DNA from: Camelus ferus
Taxonomy: Eukaryota
NCBI RefSeq assembly: GCF_009834535.1
Contig: NC_045696.1
Location: 73,534,001-73,598,000 of the forward strand
Direction: 5' to 3'
Length of the DNA: 64,000 bases
Below are positions 25,191 through 39,063 of the stretch, piece after piece. Made by a program: the position numbers and the translations under genes. Below the pieces are notes generated by a model. It was not told where the DNA came from, ran no database searches, and saw only the letters and a list, made by a program, of their open reading frames with translations. The first letter of the stretch is position 1. Every line of letters starts with the position of its first letter.

Positions 25191-26490
25191 CTTTTTTGGA
25201 AGAAACTATATGCTTAGGAGGAAGAAAAAAATTAGCTAGGAAGCAACGTGTCATCTGACTCAATATGACTTTGAAAAAAATCATCACAATGAAATTTAAA
25301 TGTAAAAGGCTGAAGAACTACATTTTAAAATTCTGTAATACAAATTAGTGCTATACACAGAATAAATTCTGGTAGTTACAGAAATATTTTTAAGAATATC
25401 CCAACAACAGATGAATTCACAGCAAAAAATATGTTGACCATCTATCATTACATTGCTGATTTAGCTGGGAGGGACAGAGGGTTTCTGGCTGAGGCAAGTG
25501 ATTACAACCGCCTCACAATTCTACCCCTGAATCACCATGACAACATGAACATATAATTATATACATGCATTGGAAGAAAACCAAAGAATGAGAAATACAA
25601 AAGCATGCAGGGATAATTTGGGGGGGGGGGGTTCTGTAAAGGAAAACACAGAAGAAAATGATTTTTTAAATGTTTCTTACAAAAGAACACCATGTTTGTG
25701 AAAACAGTCAATTAAATGGATTTAAGTATAACATAATTTAAACACTATGGCCATTTCCATCCTTTAGCCCTCTTGATTTATCAAAGCTCTCAATAGCATA
25801 CTCAGGAGCATTCAAACAACACTAAACAGCAATAAAGCTTTTCTAAGCTTCCTGTAATTTGAGTGACAATTTCTATAATTACAAGTATTTGACAACTTTT
25901 TTTTTATCATTTCTAAATGATTATGAATATCTGCGAGTTTAGAAGATTATATTTTGAAATGAATGTATATACAAACCTACCATAGAAAAGCAAAATAAAT
26001 TAAGCTATTACTATGTTTAGGCTGTGAGTTTATAGTGTGATATATCTGAAATAGGAATTTTCAAATAAAGCTAAAGGAAGGGGTTAGTTACTAGATCTAA
26101 ACACTAGTTGAAGCAGCCTGATTCCCTTTTGTTGGTGGTTCAGATTTTTCAGAGTAGAATCATGTAATTAGCCTCATCCGCATTGGAGCGATATGGAAGG
26201 AAGACCTTTAAAATACATGAATCTGTGCCAACATTCAAGAATAAAGAGGGGAAGGGAAATGATCAAACATACCTGAAGCATGTATTAACCCCTATAGATC
26301 TGGGGAGACTAAGTAAATCTGCCAGCCATCAAGAACTAGGGGGAGCTTCTTTGTTCAACATTAAAAAGCATTTATCAAGCACTGTGTTGAGTATTTGGAA
26401 TAAGAAATAATCTCCAGTATCCAATGGCTCACCAGCGAGTTGGGAAGACAAACAAGTAAGTAATTACCATAGCAGAACAACATCTGTAGA

Positions 26491-26625
26491 TAGGAGGCCC
26501 AAACTCCTCACTGCCTGAGACAATTCCAGTTTATACCTGTATTTTTGCCTTATTTTAAAAATTAGTATTAATAATTTCAATCTCAAATGTGAACCAGTCT
26601 AGACAATAAATCATGTGATCATATT
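26491..26625 (-). mobile_element. MER94-like hAT-Blackjack remnant
   Basis: gagacaattccagtttatacctg...ttcaatctcaaatgtgaaccagtctagacaataaatcatgtgatca matches the recalled MER94 layout. Confidence 0.5.
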
Positions 26626-28658
26626 CAAAGGAATACTAAGGGAGCCACAGAAAGGCACTTGCTGCAGCACTGAGGGGGCTTCCTGGAGGAAATACTACCT
26701 GAGGTAAATCATAAAGGATAAATTAATTAACCAAATGGAGAGGGTGAAATACCTAGCAAACATTCAAGATGAGCTGATGGCATCTTGTCTCAAGTATTTT
26801 CCTAACACAAGAATCTTCCTTTGCACTAACAGTTGTAACATCACAAATGTGGAGGATACCAGTTCCCAAACTCCTTTAATAAGCCTCTCACAGATTCCAG
26901 ATTCCAGAAGCACGTATGCAAATAACACTGGGGCGCTTCATAGTTTGTCATAAGCTATTTCCTCCCAGATATCAGGTAGAATAATGATCACAGTGGGGCC
27001 TATAGCCACAATTATGTTCTAGACAACATCTCCTACATTAGTGTTAGTTCAGTATTATTTTTCTTTCAGAAAAGGCTCCTCCCTCACCAGGTGAGGATGT
27101 CAATTACATAGCCCATCCCTCCCACCAAGTGGGATAACATGTCACCGAGCAGAGCCAGAGTCTTTCTGGGAGAATTGATCAAGGGTGATAGGATATCACT
27201 AAACATAATGAACTGCTGGTGACCTTCTTTGCCACCACTTGTTAAATCCTGCCTAAAAGTGAATTCAACACAAAATAAAGCAGACCTGAAAGATAAAAAG
27301 AGAGCCTTGAAGACCTTCTTTGAATCCCTATATGCAACAATGCCTGATACCCTTAGATTTTACCAGTATACAGGCTAACAATTCCACCTTCAGTTGTACC
27401 AAGAAAGCATCTTTATTTCTCTGTAATTGTGTAGTTCCACGTGGGGGAGGCAGGGTTGAGGAAATACTAGTCTTAGCTGGTAACCTCAGTTAAAACCAGT
27501 AATTTAACTCAGTCTCTGCTTAAAAGACTTAAGTAAATTGTAGTGTTTCCAAGTTCTGAGCCCACCCACTACTCTTTAACAAAGTATGTAGCTGTGTGAG
27601 AGAAATGGCCTGGGGTCGTTGGAGGGGAAATGAGATTCTTTCATCCACAAGCTGTTCTCAGGGCTCATGTTAATTTCTACAGCAGAGTGGCTGTTCTGGC
27701 TATTCCATGGACTGCTGACCAGTGAGGTATGACTGGTCCCATCCCTGATCATTCTGTGGGCATCTATTGCTGTTGAAGGCTATAAGTATTCTCCTGGCTG
27801 GGTCAGTGCTCTCAGTGAGCACTGGTCACCTCTTTGCTGAACTAGACCCCACCCTGGCTCTCACAAGGGCCATGGTCTTCCCTAAGGTAGACTGGAACTC
27901 TCATTTCTCCTCTGGTTCAGGTGTCCACACTAAGCCCCTGACTGTGAACTTGGTCCCCATCACAAGGAAAGACCCACATTCAGCTACCTTCCCCATCCCT
28001 CCAAGGGTACAGGTGAACTTCTGGATTCATTCCACACTACATGGGATCTAAGGGAGACTCAGAACGCCTAAATAAATTCAGATCCTCTCTCCATCCAACC
28101 ATGCTGAGCCAAAGTGACTGGGATATGGCTGTGCAGGCTGCTGGGGTGACCTGCTTCCAGACTGCAATGAGAACTAGGGCAGGAGCCCCTATATCTATGA
28201 CCATCCCCCACCGAAGACTTCAGCCTAGAGAGACACACATCTCATTATCTGTTTTCCTACCCTTAGTCTAGAAGGGTGAAAAAGACCAACTTTTCCCCTT
28301 TTTTGGCTTTTGTTTTTGGCAAGACCTTCCATATTTAACTCTGTAATCAAAAAAGCAAAACAAATCAAAAACAAAAACCCCATGATCTGATTTACTAGCT
28401 TGCCCCTTTACATATCAAAGGAAGAAATAAAGGAGTTTACAAAATCCTTTTCTTTATCAACCTACTCTCACTTCCAAGTTTATCACACCTTGCATGCTTG
28501 AAAATTCTGTTTTGGTAATAGCTGATTATTAATCTTTTCTTTCTCTTTACACCCCTGCAGTTACAACCTTAATTTAATCCTGCCCTCATCTCAAGGTCCT
28601 GTACACCCCAAAATAAGTGAAAGCATATTAATTTATTGATTAAATTATTATTCCTAGA

Positions 28659-28828
28659 TCAACAGTTCTCAAAGCATGATTCTGAGGTTAGCAGCATTGT
28701 TAGAAATGCAGATTCTTGGACCTTCCCAAGAACAACTGAATCAGAAATTCTAGAGATGGGTCCCCCAAATCTGCATTTTAGTGAGCCCCTAGGGCATTCT
28801 TGTGCATGTTAAAGTTTGAGAACCACTG
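28659..28828. mobile_element. MER5A hAT-Charlie MITE
   Basis: gttctcaaag...ttgttagaaatgcagattcttgg...actgaatcagaaattct...aatctgcatttta...aaagtttgagaaccactg. Confidence 0.85.
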
Positions 28829-29509
28829 CCTTATGTGTATTTATATAAAAGAGCCTCCTTGAAAATTATTAAGGTATTCTCACAGCATTCTCCAGCCTCA
28901 AAATGGTCACAGTATCATTTTAGGAGCGTCACTTTGGGCAGCCTCCAGGCTGATAATAGTATTTCTGTTTAATGTTTCCTTCTCTCAGAGGAGTAATGAC
29001 ATGGGAATGAGGAAGAATATAAGAGATGGTCTTCTGTGGACATGAACAGCAGAACCATGAAATAATTGAGGACCACAGCATTTCCTGAAGCTCTGAGTAA
29101 ACAGTCTGGGCTCCAGGTGCCTGGCTTGATGTCATCTGAAATGAGAAACAGGAACTCTACTTACAGGCATGTGTCCAGCCTTCACCACTCGAAGGTTTGC
29201 CAGCTTATTCTTGGCAGTCTGGGAGACGACGTGCACATTTTCTCTCTCATGTCTCCTCATTCCGTAGAGAATTATGACTCTATCTCCTCTTGAATCTTAA
29301 ATATTAAGATAGAGGGTACTTAACTTTCTGTCCAAAAATTCCCAGACTCCAAAGGCATGTACTATACTCAGTTGGCAAGACATGTGACATGAAACAGATA
29401 TGTAATTTAGAAAACCCTTAAGAATGAAAGAAGTAATATGCATAAGTAATGATAACACTCATCTGATTAGAGGCTTATTTTTTATTTTAGCCTCATGATA
29501 AGCCTATCG

Positions 29510-29980
29510 GTATATCAATCAAGGTTGTAAGCAATAGAAACTAAATCTAGCTAACTTAAGCAGAAAACTGAAATAGATATGAGTAATTCGATGATTTGAA
29601 GGGAAGACTGAAGAAACATCTGTTCATCTGAGAAGAAGCAAGAACAAGGGCAATTCCAGGGACCCAAGTAGCAGGAACTGATAGATGTCTCTTCAGGGAC
29701 TCACCACCAACATAAGCCAGAAATAAGATGTGTTTTTCCACCTTTCCGTAAATCCTCTCAGGAAATACAGTCCCAGAGAAAGACTATGATGGGCTACCTT
29801 GAGTGACATGTCCACCCTTTGAAGAAAGAAAGTCAGGACACTTTGAATGATAGTCTCATTAAGGGGGAAGAATAAATCCCCAAAAGGACATTAAGCTGCA
29901 GTCTCAAAAAAAAAAAAAAAAAAAGAAAGAAAAAGAAAAGAAAAGTGGATATTGGGAGGCCAGGAAATGTCCATCACAAT
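29510..29980 (-). mobile_element. Old MaLR LTR (MLT1J/K/L-like) with an internal A/GAAA expansion (29906-29944)
   Basis: ggttgtaagcaatagaaactaaatctagctaacttaagcagaaaa start motif and ...ggaggccagg aaatgtccatcaca end. Confidence 0.5.
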
Positions 29981-32084
29981 AATATCAAAAAGCAAGTATT
30001 AGCTGAGGAGCCTGAAGCCCAGAGAAGCTGTGACTGCTCCAAATACCAGAGCCAGTGAAGGGCAAAGGAAACCCAGACTTCTGACACACACATCACTCCT
30101 CTCCTCTTTTCATGTCACTCAGCTGATTTTCTGGCTTGAACCTCCACATTGAAATAGATAGTGAACTCTGCACTGAGCAAACAGTAAACAGGCGCATCAC
30201 TGTAAAAAGCCCACAAGCTCTGATGCCAAAGAGCGCCTTACTGGCACGCGTCCTCTCCCCATTTCTCTTACTCTTCCACTTTCCCCTCAGAGTCTTAGCT
30301 CTGCGGTACTCCAGAAAACGAACGGGGCTCAAAGTAAATTAGCTTAGCTTTGCCACAGACTAGCTCTGAGACCTTGGGCAGCTTACTTAACATTTCCAGG
30401 CCTCAGTTTCCTCATCTGTAAAATGAACAGGCTGGATAGGAACTCTAAACTCCCATCTCCCAGATCTTTAGCAATTAAAATATAAATAAGATCTATTTAT
30501 TTCTAAGGCCATTGAGTTTTCTCTAACTCTATAAACTCCTGTAGAGCTAGTATTATATCTTCTTGTTCATCGTAACTTTTCCAGCACATATGAAATGATC
30601 CCCCAAAAGCTTGTCTAATACCGTCATCTGCAGAAATTGTGGTCGAACAAAACAACAAGGAGATTTGGCCCTTGACTGAGGTTACAGAAAGGAAAGTATC
30701 TCTAGTTTTCCCGTTCCCGGGTTGGCCTGCTGTCTTCCACCAACTCAGATACACAAATGGGTCTTTCTAGATATAATATTTAAACTAAATCTATGTATAT
30801 GTTTATAAATGTAAAGTAGAAGTGTTTTAATAATAACATAAGAAACAGCCTTATATACATCACTGATTTTTTAATTCACCAAATGATGTCACAGAGTATA
30901 CACTTTTAAACTATAAATACATCTACTTTTCATCGCACTGCATTAATCTAGCCCTTTATGTGAAACAATACTACTAATTCCTATTAAAGCTTCCCTGAAT
31001 AGAAAGCTATTTTGTGGACACAGAAATCCACTTTTTCTAAATCTCATTTCTTTTTATCTTTGACACTGCCATTCTGCTCTCTCTTTGTGGAAAAGAGGAA
31101 ATCCTTTCAGAGCCAACAGGCTCAAATACCATAGCGACTGAGATTACCATTACTGACATCCCAGCTGAATAAACCGTAAGGAGCATTTCGTCTCACCTTT
31201 CACCTTGAAATAATCACAGCACTGGAAGTGCAGGCTCTTGGGTGACAAATGACAGCAAAATTGTCCCTCACACTTTAGCCTTGGAAATTGACTTCAATAA
31301 TGGTTTATAAAGTTACCCTTTAAAAAATAAATTTTGCCAGGAATAATACCAAATTTAAAAAGGAAAACTTGTATAGGCAACAGAACCTCCTTATTTCTGC
31401 ACTCATTCTTAAGTACCTCAACTCTCCTCCACCCTTCCATATTCACCAAAAGCATTTTCACTTATGATTTAATAATTTAAAGCACTGGCTGCAAGTTTTC
31501 CTTCATTCTATTATCAATAATTTGTGAGTTGCAGATGCACTCTTTATGGCTAACAACTCACAATTCATAACCCCTGCATGGTAGGTAAGTGTGCTACACA
31601 TAAAAGGCTTTTAAATACTCACAATAATTTAAAATGCCTTGATAAATGCAAGGAGGTACGTAAGCATAACCCAATGTCTTTCTGGCAACAAAGACCTAAA
31701 TCTGATAAAAAAAAAAACTGCAATCCAAACTCATCTTCTGCCCTTCTCCCCCACAGCCCCATCTTCCCCTATTCCTGTCATCAACTCCCTTGGTATCACC
31801 AAATGAAAAAACTTGTCACATTTACTGCCTCTCTCACTCCTTGTACTAACCGATCACTAAATCTCATAGTACCAGCCTCAGAGATGTCTCTGAAATGTGC
31901 CCTCTTGTCTCTAGCCCACATCCACTGCCTTAACACAGACCTTCCTAATCTCCTGCAGGAACTACTATAATAGTTGCCTTCCTGATCCTGTTTCTTCCCA
32001 CTGCACTCTGCGCTTAGCACTGCCACCTGCCATCTTCCAAAACACACTGATGGTCATGTCAGCCTCTAATTTATCATTTCAGAT

Positions 32085-32320
32085 GTAGAGGTAGAGAGAC
32101 CAGCCACGGGCAGAATGATGTGGCAGAGCTAGGAGAAAGCGGGAGAAGAAACACCCGAACCTCTCTCTCCTACCCTCTGACCTCTGCTAATATCTCCAAT
32201 TGGCTGAATCCAAATGGAAGCCAGAAGGGATCCTGGGTGATGCAGACCTAAGGGACAGCACATAACAGGACAGAGATAGGTAAAGATCGGATTTAGGGGG
32301 CAGATGGAGAATAACCTGCA
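32085..32320 (-). mobile_element. Old MaLR LTR fragment
   Basis: ctccaattggctgaatccaaatggaagccagaaggga...gggcagatggagaataacctgcaca. Confidence 0.55.
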
Positions 32321-32812
32321 CAACCCCATCCTTTCTTCATCTTCCAGATGCCCTCTCCACCTATAAGATCCAGCTCAAAAGTAACTTTCCCAAGGAGAGT
32401 TACTCTATATTTTTTTCTTCATATCTGTCTCCATATATCACAACATTTCATTGCAATTTGTCTCCTTACTCATCATTTCCCCCAAATCTTCAGCCTCTGA
32501 AAGGCTGGAACAGTATCTTATGTTTCATTTAATTTACACAGTCTTTGGCATATTATTGACCCTCAGGGTGTGTGAGTGAACTGAGATGCAAACAGGGAAA
32601 AAGGGTTTCCCCAATATTTTGCAAGGAAAGAAATAATCACAATTAACTACCGCGTGTATAAATCCAGACCTTTCCTGATGCCAGACTGCAGTCCTCTGTG
32701 TCCACATTGCCTAAAGGAATTGCATGGGGGACGCCACATACCTGATCAAGAAAAAGCTCTTTAATGAATTACTTAATAGATAAACAACCTTACTCCCACC
32801 AATCAGACTCCC

Positions 32813-33175
32813 TGTCTTGATCTGTTCAGGCTTTTGTAACAAAATATCGTAGACTGTGTGACTTCACAAACAACAGAAACTTATTTCTCACAGTGCTGGA
32901 GCCTGTGTAAAGTTCAAGATGAAGCACCCGCAGATTTGGCGTCTGATGAGAGCCCACGTCTTGGTTCATAAGCAGCCATCTTTTCTTGGCTGTACCCTCA
33001 CATACGGAAGGGCTCCGGGGTCTCTTGGGTCTCTTCTGCACGGGCTCTAATCCCACTTATGACAGCTCCACCTTCATGACCTAATCACCTCCCAAAGGCC
33101 CCACTTCCAAATACCTTCACATTAGGATTAAGTTTCAACATAAGAATTTTGGGAGGGACACATTCAGTCTATGGC
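32813..33175 (-). mobile_element. MaLR solo LTR (MLT1A-like)
   Basis: tgtcttgatctgttcaggct...aacaacagaaacttatttctcacag...taatcacctcccaaaggccccacttccaaatacc...gacacattcagtctatggc. Confidence 0.85.
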
Positions 33176-33419
33176 CCTCTCCTAAAGCCGCCTGGAGTGG
33201 CCAGGCCTCAAACTTGCTCATGGCATCTCTGGACACCCTCTGCACTCACTAACATTTACCTCTTTCACTGTTGCATTCAGATGTGTACCGCTTATGTCAC
33301 ACTCACACGGCATGACTTTGAGTCCCATCTGCCTTGAAATTGAGACAGCGTTGTATTTGTGCACATAAACTCCGTGTATAATTTTCTCTCAATCTCTCCT
33401 AGATTTTTTGTCTGCATTT

Positions 33420-33760
33420 TTTAATGAAGTTGTATAATTTACATGGGAAATGATTTGTTATGGTGTACCTATAAGATGGAACAACATACAGCCATTAAAA
33501 TGTTTATAGATACATTTAATGATATGAGAAAATGCTTATTATAAAATTTTAAGTGAACAAAAAGAAGCTGTAAAATTGAATATAATATGATCTCAACCAG
33601 GTAAGACAAAACATAGTTTAAGAAGCAAGTGCAGCAAAATGTTTCTTCACAGTGGTTATCTCTAGTAGGGGACTGAGTGGGACTTTTATTCTCTTGCCTA
33701 TACTTTTTGGGGTATGTTATAACTTTTTCAAAGGAACATAAGCATTTTTGAAATCAAACT
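33420..33760 (+). mobile_element. Ancient L1ME 3' remnant
   Basis: gatggaacaacatacagccattaaaa...gatatgagaaaatgcttatt...aagtgaacaaaaag...acagtggttatctctag. Confidence 0.55.
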
Positions 33761-36049
33761 ATTCTGTAAGAATGCCTCTATCTTTGATGAGGAGTCAAAC
33801 AGAGCACAGTGAATTCTGGTATAATTTTCATACTGTCATAGAGTTTCTTAGGATCAAATTACATCCTAGCTTCTAAAACAGTTCTGTTCTTAAGTGGAGA
33901 CTAAAAATGGAAAATACATTTTTAAAGCTAAATTATTTCTGGTGAGGTCTTGCTATTGTTCCTCAATTTAGCACCTCTACCAAAGCAAAGTTTCCTTCTC
34001 ACACCAGCTTATCTTCCCAACATATAAGAACACATAACACATAGTCACGTTCTTCTTTCTCCCCATCTACCCAAACTCAAACCCTTGGAGATTTTCATTT
34101 CTTTATTCATTTGTTCATTTAACCAGCATTTATTTAAGAGAGAGGGCAGTGGGGATGGAGAAGCAGGAATGGATGTGAGAGACATTTAACAAAAAGAATC
34201 AACTGGACTTAAATAATATAGTAGATGTGGGTAACAGAGAAGCCTAGAATTACTTCAAATATTCTGGCTTGCCCAAATAAATGGATGGGGAATTTACCAA
34301 GATTCACTGTCTGAGAGATGAAGCTAAGATGTAGTTTTTGAATACTGACACATATTTGTTTTATCACCTAGAATAAATTACATAACCTCTTTTGATCATA
34401 TGTACAACAGAGCTAATAATAGTACCTGTATTATAAGGTTGTTGAGAAGATTAAATGGATTAAAACATTTAATGAACCCATAACAGTTCTTGAGGTATAG
34501 AAAAGTATATTATTGTTACTGTTGTGATTCTTTTGTACTCCTCTTTCACACATTCCACCCCAACATTTTTCAAGTCCTTAAAGGTCTACCATAACATCAT
34601 CTGTTGAATCTGCCCCCACTTTTCTATTTCTGTTCTCACCAACCTCATTCAGAATGTCATCACCTAATCACCGGAATATGTAATAACCATTAAACTGGTC
34701 TCCTATACATTGTATCTCTCATCACTTTGATCTATCCCACACCTGTGTGCCAATCACATTTTCTAAAGCGCATCTATAATCATGGCATTTCCTGATCAAA
34801 AAACCTTTAATGGCCCTCTATTATGCTACAGAAGTTCCTCTCATATGTTTACCTTCATTTCTGGACTTTCTGATCAAGAGATTCCTGCCTCCTTTTCCAT
34901 ATTAGTGATCTAGGCCGACAAGGAAAGAAAGCAGGTCATCGTTGCCATCAACAAACCTGAAGCATACAGTTGCCTATAAACTCTCTTCTGCACCTTTCCC
35001 TGTCCCTTTGGTTCTCTAGGGCTGGAAGTACTTCAGAGGCCTAAGAACAAACAAGAATCATTCAAAACACCTTGCCCTCTCACTGCCCTAAAACCCCAGA
35101 GAGAGAAAATTTTAAAAAGCACTCCAAGATTTATCATTGTCATAATTCTAGGATCATTTAGGTTCTGCTATCAAATGCCCCTAAATTTTAGGTCTTTTCT
35201 TCTCACAGTCCTTTTTGGCTTATGCTTTCATCTATTTTGTTGTGATAACATCTAATATACACTTGAAACCATCTTCTATTTTATGTCCTTTATGTTTACT
35301 GAATTCTTCACTGAAGAGATTCATTAGTGTGACAGAGTGTAACCTCTCCATCCTGCCCCTACTGTGCTTTTCCTCCTTCTGCTAATCTGGTGTGTTTAAT
35401 ATCCTGATACTCTTTTAGTGCCTATCAGCGTGGGGTCAAACATATTCTGCCCTACCTGAGAGATGGTCTTCCATAATCCCTCCAAAATATCCACCCAGGA
35501 CTAATAAAATAGTCTATTGGTAAACAAGAAATTTTCAGGAACTGAAATGCATTAGGAATCTACTACAAGTTTCCTTCCCAAACCACTTGAAGCACTGATA
35601 AGTGATCTCAACTCCGGGAGTAAGTGGGAAAGGGCAGCAAGGATGCTAAGTACTGTGGATTACTGAGCCACTCTTACAATGGGGCATATGTTGGTGTCAG
35701 AACATAAGCTAAGAATTATTTCACCAAACAGAATTAATCTCTAGCCCTAACTTGGCAATGGAGACAAAATTCACCAACAACCAAACAATATCATTAGAAG
35801 GTCACCACAGTGATCACAGTAGTTTATAACATCAACATGTCAAGAGCACATTCCAGTGTTTACAACATTCTAACCCCCATTTGAGATCTTCTGTCCAAAA
35901 TGATAGAATAACTTTTCCCTCCCAAAATTCCATAAAAAATGAGACTACAAAGGAGAAAGTAAGACCAAAGCAATTAAACAATGGAAATGAGAAAGGAACA
36001 AAAAAGTCTAAGAAACTGCTTAAAGACACAGAGGATCTGAGACCAGAAG

Positions 36050-36670
36050 AACAAAAAAAATTTTTAATAAAATAATAGTAAAAAAGAGAGAGTTCAGAAA
36101 TTCGTCCATGTCTCCAGAGAATAAATTAAAATATAAAAATAAAGAAATTATATGAGAAAATTGAGAGATTAAAGGTAGATCTAAGAGATACCATATCCAA
36201 CTAATTGGAATTGCAGAAGAATAAAACAGAGTTGATGGTGGATAATCAAGGAAACAAAAAAGGAGAATTTCTTTGAACTGAAGAAAGATTTGAAGCTTCA
36301 GATAAAAAAAAGACCCACAAAATACAAGAGCAGAGTGGCAGGCACATCAGGAAATTTCTAAACTTTAAGGATAATGAGAAAAATCTACAAGCTCCCAGAG
36401 AAGGAAAAAAATAAATCATATGCAAAAAACTAAAAAATCAAGTTGACATCAGAATTTTCATCTTCAAAACCAAAATTTAGAAAACAATGAAATAATGCAG
36501 CATTATCTACAAAGTTCTAAAGGAAAAGGATTTTGCATCTGGAATTCCACACTTACCTGTATGCTAATCAAGTAGGAGAGGAAAACAGACATTCCTATTC
36601 CTGTAAAAATTTCAGTGCTATTGATATATTCTCCCCCAACAAAAACTTTCCTTGATGATATAGCCCAGCA
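36050..36670 (+). mobile_element. Ancient L1 ORF1 remnant
   Basis: Degenerate ORF1 RRM/CTD motifs (catatccaactaattggaattgcagaag; aatcaagttgacatcagaattttca; aaagttctaaaggaaaaggattttgcatctggaattc). Confidence 0.6.
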
Positions 36671-36689
36671 AAACAATGGAATTATTGAG

Positions 36690-36950
36690 AAAGGACTTAG
36701 TATTGTGTCATTGTTAAGAAAGTAGATTCTGGAGCCAGTTTGCCTCAATTTTGAATCCTGAATCCCCATTTACCAGCTGTGTGACCTTGGGCAAATACCT
36801 AACCTCTCTGTGCCTCAGTTTCTTCATCTGCAAAAGAGGACGATGATTATAATACTTATATCACAGGGCACTGTAGAAATTAAATTGGCTAATACATAAA
36901 TATTTGGTACCATACCTGGTACATAGTAAACATTATGCAAGGTTTGCTAT
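36690..36950 (+). mobile_element. MIR SINE
   Basis: tctggagccagtttgcct...ccagctgtgtgaccttgggcaaatacctaacctctctgtgcctcagtttcttcatctgcaaaa. Confidence 0.9.
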
Positions 36951-37637
36951 GCTTCTAAATGTTAGCTAAATTAAAAATAAACACCACCACCTCCAGTTTC
37001 AGCTCACCATGTAAAGAATTTGGAAGTAGTCACTCCCATTCTTACAAGAAGAAAACAGCTGAACAAACAAAAAATCAATGATATCTCTTGGACCTGTCAG
37101 AATATTGAGACCACAGGGCAAACCATCACCCTGAAATCACAGCTGATCACAGCTTGCAATAGTTTTTAATATCAACATGATATTGAATCATAGACAAGAT
37201 CAGTTTACTTGGAACAGAAGCCACTGGAGCCATAAACTGGTAGCCCTATTTAAATGGTAACTATGAGCTGTTGGAGACTGAATGTGGACTGCTGGAGACC
37301 CAGATTTTGGGAAGCCACCACACTTTCATGGGTTTTACCCCTCAAGAACTCCACCAGATTCTCAAGGTAAAGATTCAAGAAAAATTCCTTTGTATTTCTG
37401 GCAAGGGAAAAGGAAAAGTAAATGTTATGAAAGAACCCAGAACTTTCTCCATAAAAAAGATCTTCTGTTCAAGGGAAAGACTTTACCTCAGCTTTATGTG
37501 ACCTGGGGGAAGGGCAATTAACTACCCAACTCCAGCCTCCTCTAGCCTTCTTGCCTCACCTAAGAGGAAGGGAGGAAAGCTAAGAAATGTTTGTGACGGT
37601 CACAACATAGAGAAATAGGCCCATTAAAAGACTAAAA

Positions 37638-37780
37638 TTTATTTTTTTTATTTTTTAATCAATTTGGGGGGTAATTAGGTTTACTGATTGATTGATTCAT
37701 CTAATGGAGGTATTAGGGATTGAACCTATGACCTCGTGCATGCTAAGCATGCACTCTACCACTGAGATATACCCTCCCCC
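37638..37780 (-). mobile_element. tRNA-derived SINE (Vic-1/camelid type)
   Basis: Reverse complement: gggggagggtatatctcagtggtagagtgcatgcttagcatgcacgaggtcataggttcaatccct..., with pol III A/B boxes and an A-rich tail. Confidence 0.9.
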
Positions 37781-39063
37781 TGAAATTTCATCTTAAGATT
37801 ATAAAATGCATCCCACCCTCATACTTTAACATCACATCAATGGGGCTTCAATATAATGATAGTGGATTACAATGGAAGAAACTAAAAGACACAGATTCTA
37901 TTTAAGAAGTTCTTAGGGAAACACAAACACAAAAGGGAGACCAAAACAAGGACACTAGAGGAAATTGAAACCTCTGGCACCTACGACTACAGACAGTATT
38001 AAACACAGCCTAACTCCTACCCAGATCAACATAAAATCATACACTAAAGGTCTATTTACCTCAGTTCCTATTAGCCAATAATACATCATGTCCAGCTTTC
38101 AACAAAAAATGACAAATTAAAGAAAACCAGCCTAAAGAGACAAAGCAAGTATCAAAACCAGACTTGATAGGACATAGATTTTGGAACTATTACATAGGGA
38201 ATTAAATAACTATTATTAATATATAAAGAACCCTAATGAAAAAAGTAGGCAAAATGCAAAAGCATATGGTAATGTAAGCAGAGAGATGGAAACTAAGAAT
38301 CAAAGAAAATTCTGGAAATCAAAAAAGACATTGATAAACCTTAAAAACCTTTCTTATTGCTATATGAAGGAAGTCAGTCTGAAAGGCTGCATACCAAATT
38401 ATTCCAATCATATGACAATCTGAAAAAGGCAAAATTATAGAAACAGTAAAACAATCAGTGGTTTCCAGAGGCTTAGGGGGAGTTGGGAACATTGAATAGA
38501 TGTTTTAGCACAAGGGATTTTGAGGGCAAATAAAGTACTTTGTATGACACTGGAATTACGCATTTGTTCTAACTGAAAGAACTTTACAAGGCAAAAAGTA
38601 AACTTTAATTAATTCAAATTTTCAAAATGACTTAGGAGATCAAGGGATTCTAGAAAGAAATGAAGACTGTGACAGAGGAACTGAATTGAAAATTATAAAT
38701 GTATGGAAAAAATTTTATTGAAGGGGGCAGAGTGAAAAGGTGCTGACCTAAGTAACTTTGGAAATGAGTGGAGTCTGTAAGACTAAAAGCAAAGAAACTG
38801 TACGTATGCTTTATACTCAGGTGAATAAAGTTGTTTCCCATGGGGCTATGCATTAATGATTCTGATACTGTTACATGTGTATATTGAAATATACTAAATA
38901 AATAAACAACTAAGTAAATGGATGGTGGGTGGTAGGAGTCAAGTTTCTCACTGTTGGAGGAGAATTTATAGATAAGTAAGAGGAGTAGGCAAGTGTGATC
39001 CATGTGGTAATGAATTAGAGTCGGCGACATAGGCAAGAACTCATCTTTAGCTTAATGTGAGCA

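Noticed and set aside
28929..29295. Apparent minus-strand donor (gtaagtag) and acceptor (tttcag) pair
   Set aside because: The implied intron is only ~29 nt, too short for a mammalian spliceosomal intron.
29900..29944. gtctc followed by poly(A), resembling an Alu 3' end
   Set aside because: No Alu body upstream; it is an A/GAAA simple-repeat expansion within an old MaLR.
30503..30754. 83-aa minus-strand ORF that looks protein-like
   Set aside because: Its 3' part resembles L2-derived sequence and there is no donor site.
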